Assembly (NCBI GenBank): GCA_003282965.1
Contig: QBYF01000003.1
Location: forward strand, 2,418 to 66,417
DNA from: Pelagibacteraceae bacterium AG-325-E13
GTDB lineage: Bacteria; Pseudomonadota; Alphaproteobacteria; Pelagibacterales; Pelagibacteraceae
Direction of reading: 5' to 3'
Length of the DNA stretch: 64,000 bases
A program made the translations under genes and the position numbers. Below the pieces are notes generated by a model, which did not search any database, was not told the origin of the DNA, and saw only the letters and a program-made list of their open reading frames with translations. Shown in pieces: positions 22,118 to 31,186 of the stretch. How positions within the stretch are numbered: position 1 is the stretch's first letter; every line of letters starts with the position of its first letter.

Positions 22118-23182
22118 ATGTTATTAAATTCAATATTTAAAATATATATTAAGTTTATGCAATCATATGATCAAAAAAGTTATAAATTGTTTTATAATTG
22201 GCTATTAATCTCTTTCTGTATGGTTTTTGCCATGATTATAATCGGGGGATTGACTAGACTGACTGACTCAGGTCTTTCAATTACTGAGTGGGAATTATTT
22301 ACAGGTATTCTACCACCGTTAGATAGTGATACGTGGAATAAATATTTTTTACTTTATAAAGAAATTCCGCAGTATCAATTAATCAATGCCTCTATGACTA
22401 TGGAAGAATTTAAGATTATTTTTTATTGGGAATATTTTCATAGAATACTAGGAAGGTTGATAGGACTTTTTTTTCTTATTCCGCTTATATATTTTCACTT
22501 AATGACAAAAATTAACAAGAAACATATATATTTTTGTTATTTAATTTTATCTTTAATTATTTTTCAAGGGTTAGTAGGCTGGTACATGGTAAAAAGTGGT
22601 TTAGTAAATAATGTTACTGTAAGCCATTATCGATTATCTTTGCATTTAAGTATAGCTTTTATAATAATTTCTTTAATATTCTGGTTAATTTTAAACATTA
22701 AAAAAAAGACTTTTAAAAATTTTTTTACATTAGGTAAAGATAACTTCTTATTATTTTTTTTAATTTTTATTATTTTTGGACAAGTAATTATGGGTGCTTT
22801 TGTATCTGGTTTAGACGCAGGAAAAATATATCAGACTTGGCCGCTAATGAATAACGGGTATTTTCCAAATGATCTTATCATAAATAAAGTTAAAGATTTT
22901 TTTGATTTTGAGCATCATAGCCTAATTCAATTTTATCATCGGAATATGGCTTATTTTATTCTAGCCTACACTCTGTTTATAGGTGTTATTATTTTTAAGA
23001 ATAATGAAAGAAAACTTATTAAACCTTTTTATTTTTTAATTACTATTTTATTTTTACAAATCTTTTTAGGGATAATAACTTTATTAAGTGGGTTAAATAT
23101 GCTTATAGCTTCAGGTCATCAAATTTTCAGTCTTCTTCTCATGCTAAGTGCAATTAATCTTTATTATTATCAGATAAAATAA
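22118..23182 (+). CDS. ctaA: Heme A synthase (COX15/CtaA)
   Basis: GGLTRLTDSGLSITEW, EYFHR, GWYMVKSGL, HQ. Confidence 0.95.
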   Translation: MLLNSIFKIYIKFMQSYDQKSYKLFYNWLLISFCMVFAMIIIGGLTRLTDSGLSITEWELFTGILPPLDSDTWNKYFLLYKEIPQYQLINASMTMEEFKIIFYWEYFHRILGRLIGLFFLIPLIYFHLMTKINKKHIYFCYLILSLIIFQGLVGWYMVKSGLVNNVTVSHYRLSLHLSIAFIIISLIFWLILNIKKKTFKNFFTLGKDNFLLFFLIFIIFGQVIMGAFVSGLDAGKIYQTWPLMNNGYFPNDLIINKVKDFFDFEHHSLIQFYHRNMAYFILAYTLFIGVIIFKNNERKLIKPFYFLITILFLQIFLGIITLLSGLNMLIASGHQIFSLLLMLSAINLYYYQIK

Positions 23183-23183
23183 A

Positions 23184-23212
23184 TTGACTTTTTAAGATAT
23201 TATTAGTAATTA
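23184..23212 (+). promoter_or_regulatory. Putative sigma70 promoter of rplM-rpsI
   Basis: TTGACT at 23184 followed after 14-17 nt by an AT-rich TAGTAATTA element just upstream of rplM. Confidence 0.45.
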
Positions 23213-23224
23213 TCGCCATAAATT

Positions 23225-23686
23225 ATGACACCCTTTATTAAAAAAAAAGAAGTGAAAAAAGATTGGTATCTTATTGATGCTGAGAATGCAGCAGTTGGAA
23301 GATTGGCTTCTTATATTTCAAAAGTTTTAAGGGGAAAAAATAAACCCACTTTTAACCCTCATATTGATAACGGAGATTTTGTAGTTGTTACAAATATTGA
23401 TAAAATAAAGTTTACAGGAAAAAAGCTTCAAAATAAGAAATATTATAAACACACTGGTCATCCAGGTGGTATAAAAGAAACTACTCCAGCAATTTTAAGA
23501 GAAAAAAATAAAACTCAAGAAATTTTAAAACTCGCTGTTAAAAGAATGTTACCTGGCGGTCCTTTAGCAAAAAAACAATTAACAAAATTAAAAATATACA
23601 ATGGTGAAACTCATCCACATGATATACAAAAGCCGAAGGTAATCGATTTTAGTAAACTAAACAAAAGAAACATAGTTAAAAACTAA
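23225..23686 (+). CDS. rplM: 50S ribosomal protein L13
   Basis: WYLIDA, GRLAS, HTGHPGG. Confidence 0.97.
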   Translation: MTPFIKKKEVKKDWYLIDAENAAVGRLASYISKVLRGKNKPTFNPHIDNGDFVVVTNIDKIKFTGKKLQNKKYYKHTGHPGGIKETTPAILREKNKTQEILKLAVKRMLPGGPLAKKQLTKLKIYNGETHPHDIQKPKVIDFSKLNKRNIVKN

Positions 23687-24126
23687 TGGAAAATTTACAA
23701 ACTGCAACTTCTAATACAAAAAAAATAAAACTTGATTTTAAAGATAGCAAATATGCAACTGGTAGAAGAAAAAGATCAATAGCAAAAGTTTGGGTAAAAA
23801 AAGGATCTGGAAATATTTATGTGAATGGGATTAAAATGAATGAATACTTTAAAAGACCTGTTCATCAAATTATTGTAACTAGACCTATGGAAATATCAGA
23901 AGTCAGAACTAGTTATGATGTTAGATGCTCCGTTAAGGGCGGAGGACTATCAGGTCAAGCAGGAGCAATTATTTTAGGTATTTCAAAAGCACTGATCTCT
24001 CACGATGAGCTTTTGAAAAAGAATCTTAAAAAAGATAAATTAACCACCCGAGACTCTCGTGTAGTTGAGAGAAAGAAATACGGGCATAGAAAAGCCAGAA
24101 GAAGTTTCCAATTCTCTAAGAGATAA
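23686..24126 (+). CDS. rpsI: 30S ribosomal protein S9
   Basis: TGRRK, GGGLSGQAGAI, QFSKR C-terminus. Confidence 0.98.
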   Translation: MENLQTATSNTKKIKLDFKDSKYATGRRKRSIAKVWVKKGSGNIYVNGIKMNEYFKRPVHQIIVTRPMEISEVRTSYDVRCSVKGGGLSGQAGAIILGISKALISHDELLKKNLKKDKLTTRDSRVVERKKYGHRKARRSFQFSKR

Positions 24127-24170
24127 TCATTTAAATTTAACAATTAACTGGACGGTGTTATAAGATTAAA

Positions 24171-25205
24171 ATGTCTAAAAAAAAGATTAATATAGCTGTA
24201 ATAGGTGCAACAGGCTACACGGGTTTAGATTTAGTTTTTTTACTATCTAAACATTCAAGAGTGAATATTTTAAATTTGTGTGCTACGCAAAATTTGGGAA
24301 AAAAAATTTCTTTCTTTGATAAAAGAATTAAAAAGAAACTACCAAAAATTTCTACAGTTAAAAAAATAAATTGGTCAAATATTGATTTAGCATTTCTTTC
24401 TTTGCCAAATGGTGAGGCTCAGAAACTTGTTAAAAAGATTTATTATAAATATCAAAATGTAAGATTTATTGATTTATCTGCTGATTTTAGAATTACTGAT
24501 TTAGATAAATATAAGAACAATTATAAAAAAAAACATATGGCAGCAAAACTCATAAGAAATTCTATTTATGCGATACCTGAATTTGTCAAAAAAGATATTC
24601 ATAAATATAGAATTATAGCAAACCCAGGTTGCTATCCGACATCAATACAAATTCCTTTAATTCCATTAATAAAAAAAAAATTAATTAATATAGAAAATTT
24701 AACTATAGATTCAAAATCGGGTTACTCAGGAGCTGGAAAAAACTTAGAAAAAAAATTCAAACATAAAAATCTATACTATTCTACTTTTGCTTACGCCACA
24801 AAAAATCATAGACATATTTCTGAAATTGAACAGGAGTTCAAAAAATATACAAAAAAAGATATTGAATTTACTTTTAATCCACACATGCTTCCTACTTTCA
24901 GAGGAATTTTAACTTCCATATATATTAAATTAAAAAAAAACTCATCATCAAAAAAATTGAGAAATGAATTAGTAAAATACTATAAAAAAAACAAATTTAT
25001 AAAGATATTAAAACTAAATTCGGAACTTGGTTCTGGAAATGTTTTAAATACGAATAATTGTGAAATCTCAATTTGCGATACTAGAATTAAAGATAAAGTT
25101 GTTATTTTCTCTGCAATTGATAATTTGGTTAAAGGGGCTTCTGGTCAAGCAATTCAAAACATGAATTTGATTTATAAATTTAAAGAAAATCTTGGCTTAA
25201 AATGA
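24171..25205 (+). CDS. argC: N-acetyl-gamma-glutamyl-phosphate reductase
   Basis: GATGYTG, IANPGCYPT, SGYSGAG, DNLVKGASGQA. Confidence 0.96.
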   Translation: MSKKKINIAVIGATGYTGLDLVFLLSKHSRVNILNLCATQNLGKKISFFDKRIKKKLPKISTVKKINWSNIDLAFLSLPNGEAQKLVKKIYYKYQNVRFIDLSADFRITDLDKYKNNYKKKHMAAKLIRNSIYAIPEFVKKDIHKYRIIANPGCYPTSIQIPLIPLIKKKLINIENLTIDSKSGYSGAGKNLEKKFKHKNLYYSTFAYATKNHRHISEIEQEFKKYTKKDIEFTFNPHMLPTFRGILTSIYIKLKKNSSSKKLRNELVKYYKKNKFIKILKLNSELGSGNVLNTNNCEISICDTRIKDKVVIFSAIDNLVKGASGQAIQNMNLIYKFKENLGLK

Positions 25206-25768
25206 AAAAAATATTACTTTTTTTAATTATTTTAGGAATATATGGGTGCAACAAGCCAAAGACAGTTTTAATTTGTGGAGATCATGTTTGCATAAATAAA
25301 GCAGAAGCTGAACAATATTTTGAAGAGAATTTAACATTGGAAGTTAAAATTGTAGATAAAAAAAAATCTAAAGAAATTAATCTTGTGGAGATTAATCTAA
25401 AATCAAATTCAGAAGATAAAAAGGAAATTAGCATTTTTAGTAAAAAGAAAACAAATAAAGAATTAAAGGAATTATCTAGTGACGAAATTAAAAAGAAAAA
25501 AGATGAGTTAAAGCAAAGAAAAAAAGTTAAAAATAAAAAAGTAAAAGATAAAAAAATAACTAAAAAAGCGAAAATAAAAAAATCAAAAGAAAGGCAAAAA
25601 TCTAGAAATAATATTGAAAAAAGAAAAAAAATTGTTAACAAGCCTAATGAAAAATTAACTGATATTTGTGCTATACTTGAAAAATGTAGTATAGATGAAA
25701 TATCTAAATTTTTAGTTAAACAGGGTAATAAAAAAAAATTTCCCGATATTACAATTAGAGAAAATTAA
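25202..25768 (+). CDS. Hypothetical lipoprotein with Lys-rich central region
   Basis: Lipobox-like IYGC; CGDHVC and C-terminal CAILEKC; overlaps both neighbours in operon. Confidence 0.7.
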   Translation: MKKILLFLIILGIYGCNKPKTVLICGDHVCINKAEAEQYFEENLTLEVKIVDKKKSKEINLVEINLKSNSEDKKEISIFSKKKTNKELKELSSDEIKKKKDELKQRKKVKNKKVKDKKITKKAKIKKSKERQKSRNNIEKRKKIVNKPNEKLTDICAILEKCSIDEISKFLVKQGNKKKFPDITIREN

Positions 25769-27063
25769 TGATTAAAAAAAATAAACTCAACATAGCTATT
25801 ATTGGTCTAGGTAATATCGGAAGTTATTTGTATAAATATTTAAAAAATAATAAAGAAATATTATCAAAAAAGAATAACTGTATACCTAACGTTATTTTTG
25901 TTTCGGCCAAAAATAGAAATAAAAAAAGATATATAAAAGTAAGTAAAAAAAAATGGCTTAAAAATTATTTAGATGCAACAAAATCAGAAGAAGTAGATAT
26001 AATTATTGAATTAATTGGTGGAGCAGAAGGAGCAGCAAAGAAATTAGTTTTTAGTGCATTAAAAAATAAAAAACACGTTGTAACTGCAAATAAAGCACTT
26101 ATTGCAAAGTATGGTGATCAGTTATCTAAAATTGCTGAAGAAAATAATGTTAACTTAGAATTTGAGGCTGCTGTATGCGGTGGTGTGCCAATTATAAGAT
26201 CTTTGAAAGAAGGTTTAATAGCAAATAAAATTAATAGAGTTTATGGAATTTTCAACGGAACATCTAATTATATACTTTCTACTATGGACAAAAAAAATAA
26301 AAATTTTAATGATGTTTTAACAGATGCAAAAAAATTAGGTTATGCTGAGTCAAATCCTTTATCGGACTTAAATGGCGATGATGTTGCTGCAAAATTAAAA
26401 ATATTATCTTCCTTATGTTTTAATTCATTTGTTGATCACAATATACATGTAGAAGGAATTAATTTTATCGATAAACTGGACATAGATAACGCTAATAGAC
26501 TTGGATATAAGATAAAGTTATTAGGTGTTTCAGAAATAATTAACAACAAAGTTTATCAGCGTGTTCATCCAACTTTGATTAAAAAAAGTTCTTATATCGC
26601 TAGCATTGATGGTGTTTTAAACGCTGTAATTGTTGATGGGAAACCTGTTGGTCAGAATGTTATTCAAGGAGAAGGTGCTGGACCAGAAGCTACTACTTCT
26701 GCATTAGTATCAGATATTTCCTCTATTTTAAGAGGAAACATTAAATTTCCATTTTCTATATCTAGCAAAGAGAGAAAAAAACTAAGGTATCAAAATATAT
26801 CAGAAAGATCTTTTTCAGCTTACTTGCGTTTTGAAGTTTTAGATAAGCCAGGGGTCTTATCAAACATAACAAACATATTTTCTAAAAATAAAGTTTCAAT
26901 TAAAAGACTAATTCAAAATCCAAATAAATCAAAAAAATTCTCTTCAATAATAATAATTACACATGACTCTAAAGATAAATTTTTGAATAAAATAATAAAA
27001 CAAACCGAAAAAAAAAATTATATAATTAAAAAACCTAAATTAATTAGAATTGGTGCTAATTGA
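25768..27063 (+). CDS. hom: Homoserine dehydrogenase with C-terminal ACT domain
   Basis: GLGNIG, VVTANK, FEAAVCGGVP, NGTSNY, DKPGVL. Confidence 0.95.
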   Translation: MIKKNKLNIAIIGLGNIGSYLYKYLKNNKEILSKKNNCIPNVIFVSAKNRNKKRYIKVSKKKWLKNYLDATKSEEVDIIIELIGGAEGAAKKLVFSALKNKKHVVTANKALIAKYGDQLSKIAEENNVNLEFEAAVCGGVPIIRSLKEGLIANKINRVYGIFNGTSNYILSTMDKKNKNFNDVLTDAKKLGYAESNPLSDLNGDDVAAKLKILSSLCFNSFVDHNIHVEGINFIDKLDIDNANRLGYKIKLLGVSEIINNKVYQRVHPTLIKKSSYIASIDGVLNAVIVDGKPVGQNVIQGEGAGPEATTSALVSDISSILRGNIKFPFSISSKERKKLRYQNISERSFSAYLRFEVLDKPGVLSNITNIFSKNKVSIKRLIQNPNKSKKFSSIIIITHDSKDKFLNKIIKQTEKKNYIIKKPKLIRIGAN

Positions 27064-28004
27064 TGACTATTAAACCTGAATATTTAAAGCAATTTGTTAA
27101 TGCTACCGAAAAAGCTGCCTATGGTGCATCTAAATTTATTGGAAAAAACGATAAAATCTCAGCTGATCAAGCAGCTGTAGATAATATGAGAAGTGAATTT
27201 AATAAAATTGATATGGATGGAAAAATTGTTATTGGTGAAGGTGAAATGGATGAAGCACCAATGCTTTTTATTGGTGAAAATGTTGGTACTAAAAAAGGTC
27301 AAAAAATAGATCTAGCCGTTGATCCATTAGAAGGAACAAACTTTGTTGCAAAAAATTTACCGAATTCATTTTCTGTGCTGGCTGCCGCAGAAGAAGATAA
27401 ATTATTTTTTGCACCAGATACATATATGGAAAAAATTGCTATAGGTTCAAATTTACCTAAAAATTTAGTAGATTTGGATAATAGTGTTGAAAAAAATATA
27501 TCTCTTTTAGCGGAAGCTAAAAACACAACTCCTGATAAAATAACTGTATGCATCCTAGAGAGGCCAAGACATGATGAAATAATATCTTCTTTAAAGAAAA
27601 TGAGTGTAAACTTAAAATTAATTAGCGATGGAGATGTTTCAGGCATAATTTATATAGTTGATCAAAACTCTCCAGTTGACATGTATATGGGTATTGGAGG
27701 GGGGCCAGAAGGCGTCCTAGCCGCTGCTGCATTAAGTTGTTATGGAGGTCAAATACAAACAAGACTTGTATTAAATGCTGATGAGTCTGCCAGAGCAAAA
27801 AAAATGGGAATAACTGATTTAAAAAGAAAATATAACATTGATGATATGATAAAAGGCGATGTTATGTTTTGTGCTACTGCTATAACTAATGGTGATTTAG
27901 CTAATGGAATTAAAGATCAAAAAGAATTCTATGAAGCTAACACAATAGCTTTACATAAAGACGGCAAAATTAATACTTTGTTTAAAAATAAACATAAAAA
28001 ATGA
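27063..28004 (+). CDS. glpX: Class II fructose-1,6-bisphosphatase
   Basis: VIGEGEMDEAPML, VDPLEGT, YMEK, GGGPEGV. Confidence 0.96.
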   Translation: MTIKPEYLKQFVNATEKAAYGASKFIGKNDKISADQAAVDNMRSEFNKIDMDGKIVIGEGEMDEAPMLFIGENVGTKKGQKIDLAVDPLEGTNFVAKNLPNSFSVLAAAEEDKLFFAPDTYMEKIAIGSNLPKNLVDLDNSVEKNISLLAEAKNTTPDKITVCILERPRHDEIISSLKKMSVNLKLISDGDVSGIIYIVDQNSPVDMYMGIGGGPEGVLAAAALSCYGGQIQTRLVLNADESARAKKMGITDLKRKYNIDDMIKGDVMFCATAITNGDLANGIKDQKEFYEANTIALHKDGKINTLFKNKHKK

Positions 28005-29785
28005 ATTCAGTATCAGTTACTGGAAAAAATTGGATCTTAAAAAAATTTGATCAAGAAAAAATAGTTTATTTAAAAGAAAATTTTTCTCTTGATGAAATTA
28101 CAGCAAAATTATTAGTTTTAAGAAATATTAAAAGAGAAGACATTAATAGTTTTTTAAACCCTTCAATCAAAAATCTTTTGCCAAACCCTAACAGTTTATT
28201 AGATATGGAAAAATCATCCTTAAGAACATTGGAGGCAATTAAAAATAAAGAAAAAATTGGAGTTTTTGGTGACTACGATGTAGATGGAGCTACTTCAACA
28301 GCTTTACTTGGAAGGTATTTTGATGAGCTGAAATGTAGTTATGAAATATATATACCAGATCGAAAAACTGAAGGTTATGGACCATCAATAAAAGGTTTTA
28401 AGGAGTTAATTAAAAAAGATGTTAAAATTATCTTTACAGTTGATTGTGGAACTTTATCATTTGAGGCCATAGATTTTGCAAAAAATAAAAATGTAGATGT
28501 TATTGTTTTAGATCACCACCAATCTGAAATCAGTTTACCAAGAGCTTATTCAATCGTTAATCCAAATAGATTGGATGATAAATCTAATCTTCAATATTTA
28601 TGTGCTGCAGGTGTTTCATTTATGTTTTTAGTTTCAATAAATAGACAGCTTAGATTAATAGACTGGTTTAAGAAAAATTTAACAAATGAACCCAACTTAA
28701 TAAATTATTTAGATTTGGTTTCTTTAGGAACTGTTTGTGATGTTGTGCCTTTAGTTGGTTTAAATAGAGCTATTGTTAAACAGGGATTAAAAATTTTAAA
28801 AGCAAAAGAAAATCTTGGTTTAAAAACTTTACTAGACATTTGTAAAATTGAAACAAGCCCATCTATTTATCATTTAGGGTATATTTTAGGCCCTAGAATT
28901 AATGCAGGAGGAAGGGTTGGTAAATGCTCACATGGAGCAAATCTACTTTTAAATTCGAATCCAAAAGAAGTATTCAAATTAGCTACAGAATTAGATCAGT
29001 ATAATAAAGAGAGAAAAATGCTAGAAAAAGATCTTATAGAAAAAATCTTAATCGAGTCAAAAAATAAGTTGAAAGATCCAGTTTTAATTTTGCAAGGTGA
29101 ACATTGGCATGAAGGAATTATTGGTATTGTAGCGTCAAGATTAAAAGATAAGTTTAATAAACCGGCTATTATTATTTCTTTAAATGGTGATATAGGTAAA
29201 GCATCGGCTAGGTCAATTGTTGGTTTTGATATTGGATCTGTAATTATAGCTGCTACTCAAGAAAAAATTCTATTAAAAGGTGGTGGACATAAAATGGCAG
29301 GAGGATTTTCTATAGACATTTCTAATATAGAAAAATTTAAGCAATTTATAATCCGAAAATTTAGAAATATTAACGAAGATTTAACTCAACAAAAACCACT
29401 ATTCCTTGATAGTAAAATTGCACCATCTGCAATTAATTTAGAATTTTATGATAAAGTTAATGTTTTATCACCCTTCGGATCTGGCAATCCAGAGCCAAGA
29501 TTTATTATAGAAAATCTAAAACCTGTTAACAGTAAGATTGTTGGAGATAAACATATTAAATCTGTCCTGATTGGTTCAGAAGGAACAAGTGTAAAAACAA
29601 TAGCTTTTAATGCTGCTGATAATGAATTAGGAGCATACTTGCTTAAAAAAAATAATAAGACGTTCAATATAGCAGGAAAATTGTCTTTAAATGAATGGAG
29701 AGGACAAAAAAATGTAGAGTTTATTATTGATGACATTTCTGTTAATAAGAACAACAAAAATACGGTCCCATCGTCTATCGGTTAG
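28001..29785 (+). CDS. recJ: ssDNA exonuclease RecJ
   Basis: GDYDVDG, DHH, GTVCDVV, PRINAGGR, GGGHKMAGG, PFGSGNPEP. Confidence 0.96.
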   Translation: MNSVSVTGKNWILKKFDQEKIVYLKENFSLDEITAKLLVLRNIKREDINSFLNPSIKNLLPNPNSLLDMEKSSLRTLEAIKNKEKIGVFGDYDVDGATSTALLGRYFDELKCSYEIYIPDRKTEGYGPSIKGFKELIKKDVKIIFTVDCGTLSFEAIDFAKNKNVDVIVLDHHQSEISLPRAYSIVNPNRLDDKSNLQYLCAAGVSFMFLVSINRQLRLIDWFKKNLTNEPNLINYLDLVSLGTVCDVVPLVGLNRAIVKQGLKILKAKENLGLKTLLDICKIETSPSIYHLGYILGPRINAGGRVGKCSHGANLLLNSNPKEVFKLATELDQYNKERKMLEKDLIEKILIESKNKLKDPVLILQGEHWHEGIIGIVASRLKDKFNKPAIIISLNGDIGKASARSIVGFDIGSVIIAATQEKILLKGGGHKMAGGFSIDISNIEKFKQFIIRKFRNINEDLTQQKPLFLDSKIAPSAINLEFYDKVNVLSPFGSGNPEPRFIIENLKPVNSKIVGDKHIKSVLIGSEGTSVKTIAFNAADNELGAYLLKKNNKTFNIAGKLSLNEWRGQKNVEFIIDDISVNKNNKNTVPSSIG

Positions 29786-29838
29786 GACAGTTGGTTTTCA
29801 TCCAACAAAGAGGGGTTCGATTCCCCTTGGGACCGCCA
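29764..29838 (+). tRNA. tRNA-Glu (TTC)
   Basis: Acceptor stem GGTCCCA/TGGGACC, anticodon arm GTTGG-TT-TTC-AT-CCAAC, GTTCGATTC, encoded CCA. Confidence 0.96.
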
Positions 29839-29921
29839 AAAACTCCTAAAACCTATAATAATCTTATCTAGAAAGTTGTTTAATTTTCTTTTATTGTGTC
29901 ACCAGTACGTCAGAAGTTTTT

Positions 29922-30455
29922 ATGAGCATTTGTGTTATTTGCGATAAAGAAATATCAGAGGCAAGATTAAAAATATTTCCTAAAACAAACATTTGTGGAA
30001 GAAAATGTGGAGAAGAAATTGAGCAAAAGCATGAAGTTTTACAAAAGGAAATTGATAGAGCTTACGCAGCATCATTCCAAGATCTTTGGCATAAGCAAGA
30101 TAATGTTTCCTATCAGTTTGGTCTTGATAAATTAAAAAATAAAGAACTTATTTATAAATTAGTTGAGAAGAAAAATACATGTATAGTGGCTCATTTTAAA
30201 TACAAAGAAAATAAGATTAGTAAAATTTCCTATATTACAGAATTTAAAAAATTTACATGGTGGATAAAAGAAACTTTGGAAAAATATGGAGGCAAACTAA
30301 TCGATACTCCATTAAAATACACTACATGTCAGAAATGCGGAAACCTCTCTGTCGTAATTTGGTCACCAAAGTTTAATAATTATTTTATAGGATGTACTCA
30401 ATATTATAAAGGTTGTAAATGGCTAAAATCTATTTGGATAATGCCTAATAATTAA
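29922..30455 (+). CDS. Hypothetical double zinc-finger protein (N-terminal DksA/TraR-like C4 finger, C-terminal topoisomerase-type zinc ribbon)
   Basis: CVICDKEISEARLKIFPKTNICGRKC and CQKCG...FIGCTQYYKGC. Confidence 0.7.
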   Translation: MSICVICDKEISEARLKIFPKTNICGRKCGEEIEQKHEVLQKEIDRAYAASFQDLWHKQDNVSYQFGLDKLKNKELIYKLVEKKNTCIVAHFKYKENKISKISYITEFKKFTWWIKETLEKYGGKLIDTPLKYTTCQKCGNLSVVIWSPKFNNYFIGCTQYYKGCKWLKSIWIMPNN

Positions 30456-30459
30456 AATA

Positions 30460-31050
30460 ATGATTAAAGGAATAATAAAATTTTTTACAGCAAAATTATT
30501 TTTTGGTCAGTTAACAAGTTTCGTTAAATCAAATTTTTTAATAACCGCTTTTCCTTTGTTGATTATAATTTCTATTTTTTATGTTCCATATGAATATTTC
30601 AATTATTTAGAGTTTAAAGAAAAATTTCCAAATGATATTTTTGGAGTAAATTTCTTATTAATAAGACCTGCCATATTAATAATTGTTGCTTTAATTTTAA
30701 TCTTCTCAATTCACAATAAACTAAAAAAAATTGAACAAGAACGTATTGAAAAAATCAAACAAGAAGAGCAAGAAAAATTAGAAAAAATAAGAGTTGCTAA
30801 AGAAAAACTTGAAAATCTTAAATCAAGCACACCTGTTCAGTTAGCTGAAAAAACAATTACAAAGCCTGTAGTTGGTGCTGGGGCTGGAGCAGCAATAGGA
30901 GCAGTAGCAGGTGGTTCTTTGGGTGTTGCAGGTAAACTAGCAGGTGTAATGATTGCTGTTAACGGTGGATGGATCCTTGCGCCTATTGGAGCAGTAATTG
31001 GCTACTTAGGTTTTAAAGCTTTTAATAAAAAAAAAGATAAAAAAGATTAG
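30460..31050 (+). CDS. Hypothetical membrane protein with coiled coil and C-terminal glycine zipper
   Basis: Two N-terminal hydrophobic helices, E/K-rich coil, GAGAGAAIGAVAGGSLG..GAVIG. Confidence 0.7.
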   Translation: MIKGIIKFFTAKLFFGQLTSFVKSNFLITAFPLLIIISIFYVPYEYFNYLEFKEKFPNDIFGVNFLLIRPAILIIVALILIFSIHNKLKKIEQERIEKIKQEEQEKLEKIRVAKEKLENLKSSTPVQLAEKTITKPVVGAGAGAAIGAVAGGSLGVAGKLAGVMIAVNGGWILAPIGAVIGYLGFKAFNKKKDKKD

Positions 31051-31118
31051 TGTGTCCGCAGTGAGTCCGTTCTTGCCTAATTTTTTAAAATCATTTAATA
31101 ATAAGGCTTATTATAACT

Positions 31119-31153
31119 AACAAAGAGGTGTTCGATTCCCCTTGGGACCGCCA
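31119..31153 (+). repeat. attR-like copy of tRNA-Glu 3' end
   Basis: AACAAAGAGGTGTTCGATTCCCCTTGGGACCGCCA vs AACAAAGAGGGGTTCGATTCCCCTTGGGACCGCCA. Confidence 0.92.
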
Positions 31154-31186
31154 TAATTTAAAAGGTTATTTTTGATATTATAAAGT

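Larger units (their letters stand above)
29804..31153. mobile_element. Integrase-less mini genomic island at tRNA-Glu
   Basis: 35-bp direct repeat of the tRNA 3' end at 29804-29838 and 31119-31153 (1 mismatch) enclosing two hypothetical genes. Confidence 0.8.

Noticed and set aside
31119-31153. Second tRNA-Glu gene
   Set aside because: Only the 3' 35 nt are present; no D arm or anticodon loop.
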